DNA of 64,000 bases, taken from assembly GCA_947473325.1 (NCBI GenBank), contig CANJEJ010000001.1, positions 15,255 through 79,254 on the forward strand, written 5' to 3'. The notes under the pieces were generated by a model that saw nothing but the letters and a program-made list of their open reading frames with translations, was not told the origin of the DNA and made no database searches. Every line of letters begins with the position of its first letter. Positions within the stretch are counted from its first letter, which is position 1. The DNA comes from Alphaproteobacteria bacterium. GTDB taxonomy: Bacteria; Pseudomonadota; Alphaproteobacteria; SHVP01. Positions 59,109 through 64,000 of this stretch are shown one piece after another. Position numbers and translations under genes: made by a program.

Positions 59109-60284
59109 ATGGCCAACAGTCTCGGCGTTGCCACCTGGTCCAGCTTCGGCCGTCATGGTCTGTCGCCACAGACAGATCATGACGAGGCGAGCCGGATGGA
59201 ATTCACCATCAACCTGTTCCGCCACTTGAACTGGCAGCAGCCGGCGCACAAGGAGATCTACGACAAGAAGGTCGAGCCCGGCTTCAAGCGCGAGAACAAG
59301 CGCGCGCCAAAGAACCGGCACGAAGTGCGCGACGCCATGCTGAAGGACTCCACCTTCCAGGTCTGGTCGCACCTGCGCGTCTATGCCCAGGAAAACCTTT
59401 TCGAGAATGCGCGCTTGTCCGTTGACCGCCAGCTCGACACGCTGATCGGAAAGGCGAAGGAGAAGAAGAAGGGCAAGACCAAGGGCTCGCTCAAGCTCGA
59501 CCCGACATTCGAGGTGCCGCGCTACCAGAAGCATCTCGACATGCACTGGATGCCGGGCAGCTACTTCACCGAGTTCGTCGAGAAGGACGACGTCGCCGTC
59601 GGTGCCATCTATGACTTTGGCGGCATCTATGTTCTGACCAACGGCATGCTCGGCCAGTACAACGACGGTGCCGGCCATGCGGTGGTGCGCTATCTGCGCG
59701 AAAAGTTCCCCGGCTGGACGCCGAAATCTGTGCTCGACCTCGGCTGCACCGTCGGCCACAACACCTTGCCGTTCAAGCGCGCCTGGCCGAAGGCTGACGT
59801 GCACGCCATCGACATCGGCGCGCCGACCCTGCGCTATGCGCATGCCCGCGCCGAAGACATGGGCTATGCGATCCATTTCTCGCAGCAGAATGCCGAGGCG
59901 ACGAACTTCAAGGACAACAGCTTCGACCTCGTCGTCTCGACCATGTTCCTGCACGAGACGTCGCATTCGGCCGTCTACAACATCGTCAAGGAAAACCGCC
60001 GCATCCTGAAACCCGGCGGGCTCATGATTCATGTCGAACAGCCGCCATTCTCCTGGGCACAGTCGCCTTTCGACGCTTTCACGCGGGACTGGGACACGCA
60101 CAACAACCAGGAGCCGTTCTGGGGCCGCATGCACGACATGGATCCCGAACAGGTGGCGCTGAAGGCGGGATTCAAGAAGCAGAACATCTTCCAGGAAATG
60201 GCGCCGCTGGTGACGCCGATCCCGGGCGACGACTACAACCTCGCGCCCTTCGGTGCTTGGTTCGTCTTCGGTGCGCGCAAGTAG
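59109..60284 (+). CDS. same family, tandem paralogue 4
   Basis: 391 aa. VLDLGCTVG, STMFLHET, LKPGGLMIHVEQ, DWDTHNNQEPFWGRMHDMD. Confidence 0.88.
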   Translation: MANSLGVATWSSFGRHGLSPQTDHDEASRMEFTINLFRHLNWQQPAHKEIYDKKVEPGFKRENKRAPKNRHEVRDAMLKDSTFQVWSHLRVYAQENLFENARLSVDRQLDTLIGKAKEKKKGKTKGSLKLDPTFEVPRYQKHLDMHWMPGSYFTEFVEKDDVAVGAIYDFGGIYVLTNGMLGQYNDGAGHAVVRYLREKFPGWTPKSVLDLGCTVGHNTLPFKRAWPKADVHAIDIGAPTLRYAHARAEDMGYAIHFSQQNAEATNFKDNSFDLVVSTMFLHETSHSAVYNIVKENRRILKPGGLMIHVEQPPFSWAQSPFDAFTRDWDTHNNQEPFWGRMHDMDPEQVALKAGFKKQNIFQEMAPLVTPIPGDDYNLAPFGAWFVFGARK

Positions 60285-60311
60285 GCGTGTTGCCGCAGCT
60301 TCCGGCTGCAA

Positions 60312-60344
60312 GGCCCCGTCCGCAAGGACGGGGCCTTTGCATTT
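60312..60344 (+). terminator. Rho-independent terminator after methyltransferase paralogue 4
   Basis: GGCCCCGTCC-GCAA-GGACGGGGCC perfect 10-bp stem followed by TTTGCATTT. Confidence 0.7.
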
Positions 60345-60487
60345 CAGGGCCAGCACCGTGCTAATCTACGCGCCTGCTACCAGGGGGCAGATCGCGCGCA
60401 AGGTTCTGGATTTGCACCCTTTTTGGAATCCGCGCGACCAGACTTCAGAACAAGGCCGGCGCTGTGAACGGCCCGAGGGAGACGACA

Positions 60488-62059
60488 ATGACCACTTATT
60501 CGCGAAAACACCGCTTCGGTATGGCGGCAACCGGTACGGTGGCGGCGCTTGCCGCGCTCGCCCTTGCGTTGCCGGCCCTTGCCGCCAACCCGCCCGACAC
60601 GCTGCGTGTCGGCACCAACTCCAAGTCGCCGGCGCGCGGCAATCCGTTCGCCGCCGGTTTCAGCGTGCCCAACGCCTATTTCTGGGTGCCGATCTTCGAC
60701 TCGCTGACCCGGGTGAATAACAAGGGCCAGACGCTACCCATGCTGGCGGAAAGCTGGAGTGTCGGCGACGACAAGCTGACCTGGACCTTCGTGGTCAAGA
60801 AGAACGTTGTCTATTCCAACGGCGAACCGTTCAATGCGGCGGCCGTGGCGGCAACCTTCGACTACCTGCTGAAGGACGACAAGGGCAAGACCACCAACGC
60901 GGCGAGCGTGCTGCGCGGCGTCAAGGAAGTGACGGCCAGCGGCGACGACAAGGTCATCGTCAAGACCGAGAAGCCCGACCCGCTGCTCGCCGGTACGCTG
61001 GCGACGATCAGCATCGTCGGCCCCAAGGCCTGGCGCGAGATGGGCGTGGAAGCCTTCACCCAGATGCCGGTTGGCACCGGGCCGTGGAAGGTCGAGAAAT
61101 GGACCGACACGGAAACCTCGCTGGTCCTGAATCCGACGTCCTATCGGCCGGGCAAGATTCCGAAGATGACCATCACGGAAATCCCGGACGTGGTGGCACG
61201 CGGACAGGCGGTTCTGTCGGAACAGATCGACATCGCGACCAACCTCGGTCCCGATGACGTGACGCGTATTCGCGCCGCCGGCCATCAGGCCGACATCGCG
61301 ACGTCGCCCAACATCCAGTCGATCGCGCTGTTCACCGAAGACTTCTCGCCCAACAAGAAGTGGGGCGACAAGGGCACGCCCTTCAGGGACAAACGCGTAC
61401 GCCAGGCAATGAACTACGCCATCGACCGCGACTCGATCATCAAGAATCTGGTCAACGGCATCACCAAGCCGGCAAGCCAGCCGGCCAACCCGGCGACCTT
61501 CGGCTACAACCCGGATGTGAAGCCCTATCCCTACGATCCGGCAAAGGCCAAGGCGTTGCTGACCGAAGCAGGCTATCCGAACGGCTTCAAGTTCGTGTCG
61601 GAAGTGCTGCAGGGCTTCTCGCCCAACGACAAGGAAATCTGGACCCAGGTGTCAGAGTCGGTGGGCAAGCTCGGCGTGCAGATGGAATTGCGGCCGGTTC
61701 CCTTCTCCGACTGGCTGAAGAAATATCTGGGCGGCACCTGGGAAGGCGAATCGATGACGCTCGCGCTGCTCGTCGAGCCGCATATGGACGCGATCCGTCC
61801 TTTCCAGAACTACTCCTGCCTGTTCGCCAAGGCCTTCACCTGCATCCCCGAGCACATGCCGCTGATCGAGGCGGCTTCGCAGGAAATGGATCCGGTGAAG
61901 CGCGAGAAGATGCTGAAGGACCTGATGAAGGTGATGCATGACGACGCGCTGTCCATCGCGATCCAGGAAAACGTGGAAATCGCGGGCCTGAACAAGCGGG
62001 TCAGGGGCTTCACCAACTGGAACAAGATCTTCCTCTACGAAAACGTCACCTTCCAGTAG
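60488..62059 (+). CDS. ABC transporter substrate-binding protein, family 5 (peptide/nickel/opine type)
   Basis: ATG 60488 after GGGAG. Signal peptide ...ALALPALAANPPD. Family-5 SBP-like throughout (RQAMNYAIDRDSI, YPYDPAKAKALLTEAGYPNGF). Confidence 0.88.
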   Translation: MTTYSRKHRFGMAATGTVAALAALALALPALAANPPDTLRVGTNSKSPARGNPFAAGFSVPNAYFWVPIFDSLTRVNNKGQTLPMLAESWSVGDDKLTWTFVVKKNVVYSNGEPFNAAAVAATFDYLLKDDKGKTTNAASVLRGVKEVTASGDDKVIVKTEKPDPLLAGTLATISIVGPKAWREMGVEAFTQMPVGTGPWKVEKWTDTETSLVLNPTSYRPGKIPKMTITEIPDVVARGQAVLSEQIDIATNLGPDDVTRIRAAGHQADIATSPNIQSIALFTEDFSPNKKWGDKGTPFRDKRVRQAMNYAIDRDSIIKNLVNGITKPASQPANPATFGYNPDVKPYPYDPAKAKALLTEAGYPNGFKFVSEVLQGFSPNDKEIWTQVSESVGKLGVQMELRPVPFSDWLKKYLGGTWEGESMTLALLVEPHMDAIRPFQNYSCLFAKAFTCIPEHMPLIEAASQEMDPVKREKMLKDLMKVMHDDALSIAIQENVEIAGLNKRVRGFTNWNKIFLYENVTFQ

Positions 62060-62074
62060 AACAGTTGTATCCTG

Positions 62075-62116
62075 AACCCCGCCGCCGTCGCACAGATGGC
62101 GGCGGGGTTTTCTTTT
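62075..62116 (+). terminator. Rho-independent terminator/attenuator between the SBP and oxidoreductase genes
   Basis: AACCCCGCCGCC-N11-GGCGGCGGGGTT perfect 12-bp stem followed by TTCTTTT. The oxidoreductase RBS (GGAGGG) starts immediately after. Confidence 0.65.
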
Positions 62117-62127
62117 GGAGGGACATC

Positions 62128-64000
62128 ATGGCGGCGGCCTTTCCCAACCTGTTCTCGCCCATGCGCATCGGCTCGGTCGAACTGCGCAACCGCCTGTTCG
62201 TGCCGCCGCATGGCATCACTTTTCCGCCCGGTCATGGCGGTGCGATCGATCGGGTCATCGACTATCACGTCGAACGGGCCAAGGGCGGCGTCGGGCTGGT
62301 CGTGATGTCGAACTACGTCTGGCCGGCATCATGGGAACGGATGGGCGACTGGGGCGGCACCTTGCCGCGGACGCCGCTCGGCGGCCTTGATCTTGTCAGC
62401 AACGATGCGCTGGTGCCGCATTACACCCGCATGGCCAAGGGTATTCACGCCGAAGGGGCGCGTTTCTTCGTCCAGCTCAACTCCGGCGGGCGACAGGGCG
62501 GCGGGCCGGGCTTGAACTCCTTCAAGATTCCGCTCTGGGCGCCATCGGCCATTCCCTGCCCGGAGACGCGCGAAATTCCCAAGGCGATGGAAATCGAGGA
62601 CATCGAGGAATATGTCGCCGCCTTTGTGCAGGGCGCCACCAACGCGCGCAAGGCGGGCGCGGATGGCGTGGAACTGTTCGCGGCGCAGGGCTACCTGCTG
62701 TCGGAGTTCCTGTCCCCCCATGCAAATATCCGCACCGATCGCTATGGCGGTTCGCTGGAGAACCGCATGCGCTTCGTGGTCGAGTCGCTGCAGGCCATTC
62801 GTCGCGCGACGGGCGATGATTTCGTCATCGGCATCCGCATGAATGGCGACGACTACACGCCCGGTGGTCTCACGCTGCCCGATGCGCAGCAGATCGCCAC
62901 GCGCCTGCGGCGGGACGGACTGGTCGACTACATCAATGTCAGCGGCATGACCTATTTCTCCTGGCCGGGCTGGATCGCCGAGGCCAGCCAGCCCCCGGGC
63001 ATGTTCGCGCATTTGTCGGAAGGCGTGCGTCGCGTCGTGCCCGGCCTGCCGGTTGCGGTCGTCAGCCGCGTCGGCGACCCGCATCTCGCGGAACGCATCA
63101 TCGCGTCGGGTCAGGCCGATCTGGTAGGCATGGCGCGCGCGCTGATTTCCGATCCCGAACTGCCGGCCAAGGCGGCGCGCGGCGATCTCGACGATATCCG
63201 CCAATGCACCTATGGCAACAATTGCGTCATGGGGCTGATCGGCGGCAAGGGCGTGTCCTGCACGCACAACCCGGCGGTGGGCCATGAACGGCAGCTTGGC
63301 ATCGGCACGCTGAAGCCGACAGACAAGCCGCGGCATGTCGTGGTTGTCGGCGGCGGTCCGGCGGGGATGGCGGCGGCGCGAGCGGCGGCCGCGCGCGGCC
63401 ACCGCGTCACGATGCTGGAGAAATCCGACGCACTGGGGGGCCAGAACCGGATGACCGCACAGGTGGCCAGCCGCGCACGCTATGCCGAGACGACGCGCTG
63501 GTACACCCAGGCGCTCGACCGGCTGGGAGTCACCCGCCGGTTTCACGTCGATGCCGATGCCGACCGCGTGATGGCGGAACACCCCGATGCCATCGTTGTC
63601 GCCACCGGGTCGCGGCCGCGGCAGGACGGCTATTCCAGCCATCGTCCCGATGTCAGCCGGTTGCCCGGCTCCGACCGCGACCATGTCTTCACGGTGTGGG
63701 ATGTCTTCGCGCGCAGCAACAGGCTGGGCCAGCGAATTGTCCTGATCGATGAAGACCCGCACCTCTCGGCGATGCTGACGGCGGAACATCTGGCCGATCT
63801 GGGCAGGCAGGTTGTCGTCGTCACGCCGGCGATCCATGCCGCGCGATCCCTCGGCCAGGCCTTCGTTCCGGAGCTGCTGCGGCGCGTGCGGCCCAAGGGC
63901 GTCGTGATCCGGACGGACAGGATCGTCACCCGGATCGATGGCGAAGCTGTCCAGTTGGAAGACCGCTACACGGGCGAAACAGAGGCCGTTCCCGCCGACA
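62128..64000 (+). CDS. OYE-like FMN oxidoreductase fused to an Fe-S/FAD-NAD(P) domain (2,4-dienoyl-CoA reductase / amine-demethylase-type); partial, runs off window end
   Basis: Not in the ORF track because no stop is reached. My own translation from ATG 62128 gives MAAAFPNLFSPMRIGSVELRNRLFVPPHG...GADGVELFAAQGYLLSEFLSPHANIRTDRYGGSLENR...DIRQCTYGNNCV...VSCTHNP...VVVVGGGPAGMAAA. The frame stays open to nt 64000. Confidence 0.85.
   Translation, partial: MAAAFPNLFSPMRIGSVELRNRLFVPPHGITFPPGHGGAIDRVIDYHVERAKGGVGLVVMSNYVWPASWERMGDWGGTLPRTPLGGLDLVSNDALVPHYTRMAKGIHAEGARFFVQLNSGGRQGGGPGLNSFKIPLWAPSAIPCPETREIPKAMEIEDIEEYVAAFVQGATNARKAGADGVELFAAQGYLLSEFLSPHANIRTDRYGGSLENRMRFVVESLQAIRRATGDDFVIGIRMNGDDYTPGGLTLPDAQQIATRLRRDGLVDYINVSGMTYFSWPGWIAEASQPPGMFAHLSEGVRRVVPGLPVAVVSRVGDPHLAERIIASGQADLVGMARALISDPELPAKAARGDLDDIRQCTYGNNCVMGLIGGKGVSCTHNPAVGHERQLGIGTLKPTDKPRHVVVVGGGPAGMAAARAAAARGHRVTMLEKSDALGGQNRMTAQVASRARYAETTRWYTQALDRLGVTRRFHVDADADRVMAEHPDAIVVATGSRPRQDGYSSHRPDVSRLPGSDRDHVFTVWDVFARSNRLGQRIVLIDEDPHLSAMLTAEHLADLGRQVVVVTPAIHAARSLGQAFVPELLRRVRPKGVVIRTDRIVTRIDGEAVQLEDRYTGETEAVPAD

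Noticed and set aside
57841-60356. 442-aa and 519-aa minus-strand ORFs opposite methyltransferase paralogues 3 and 4
   Set aside because: Same shadow-ORF explanation. The plus-strand products align with each other and carry SAM-MTase motifs; the minus-strand ones carry nothing.
62329-63837. 502-aa minus-strand ORF
   Set aside because: It is antisense to the OYE/FAD oxidoreductase. That gene is missing from the track only because it has no stop codon within the window; my manual translation of the plus frame shows the family motifs.

Overview
GC-rich (by eye mid-60s percent, not computed) alphaproteobacterial-type chromosomal window, almost fully coding (about 75 genes). I saw no rRNA, tRNA, CRISPR array, transposase or integrase. 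The backbone is the classic origin-proximal neighbourhood: leuS' / lptE-holA / parB-parA-rsmG-mnmG-mnmE with three parS sites / rho-hemJ-hemH-hemE / a 450-bp AT-richer non-coding gap that I call oriC / DUF299(RP001-like)-maf-aroE-coaE-dnaQ. This is followed by secB, fxsA, a tim44-like gene, mltA, smr, hslVU, a his operon (hisB-H-A-F-E) interleaved with non-his genes, and repair/housekeeping genes (nth, dapB, ogt, ada-like). Four regions look accessory. (i) A DUF2282-DUF692-DUF2063-DoxX peptide-modification operon with a divergent ECF sigma/NrsF pair sits between leuS and lptE. (ii) Four tandem quinone-oxidoreductase paralogues are interrupted by a hairpin-flanked DUF559 cassette and followed by two tandem PAS-GGDEF paralogues. 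(iii) One gene fuses a membrane domain, a 2Fe-2S domain and a class III cyclase. (iv) The item I consider most likely to be new is four tandem 391-408 aa paralogues of a SAM-methyltransferase carrying an unassigned ~200-aa N-terminal module, followed by an orphan family-5 solute-binding protein and an OYE/Fe-S/FAD oxidoreductase. Many long ORFs in the supplied track are antisense shadows of real genes, or 5' over-extensions, and were discarded or trimmed. All family assignments come from reading the translations; no database search was run.
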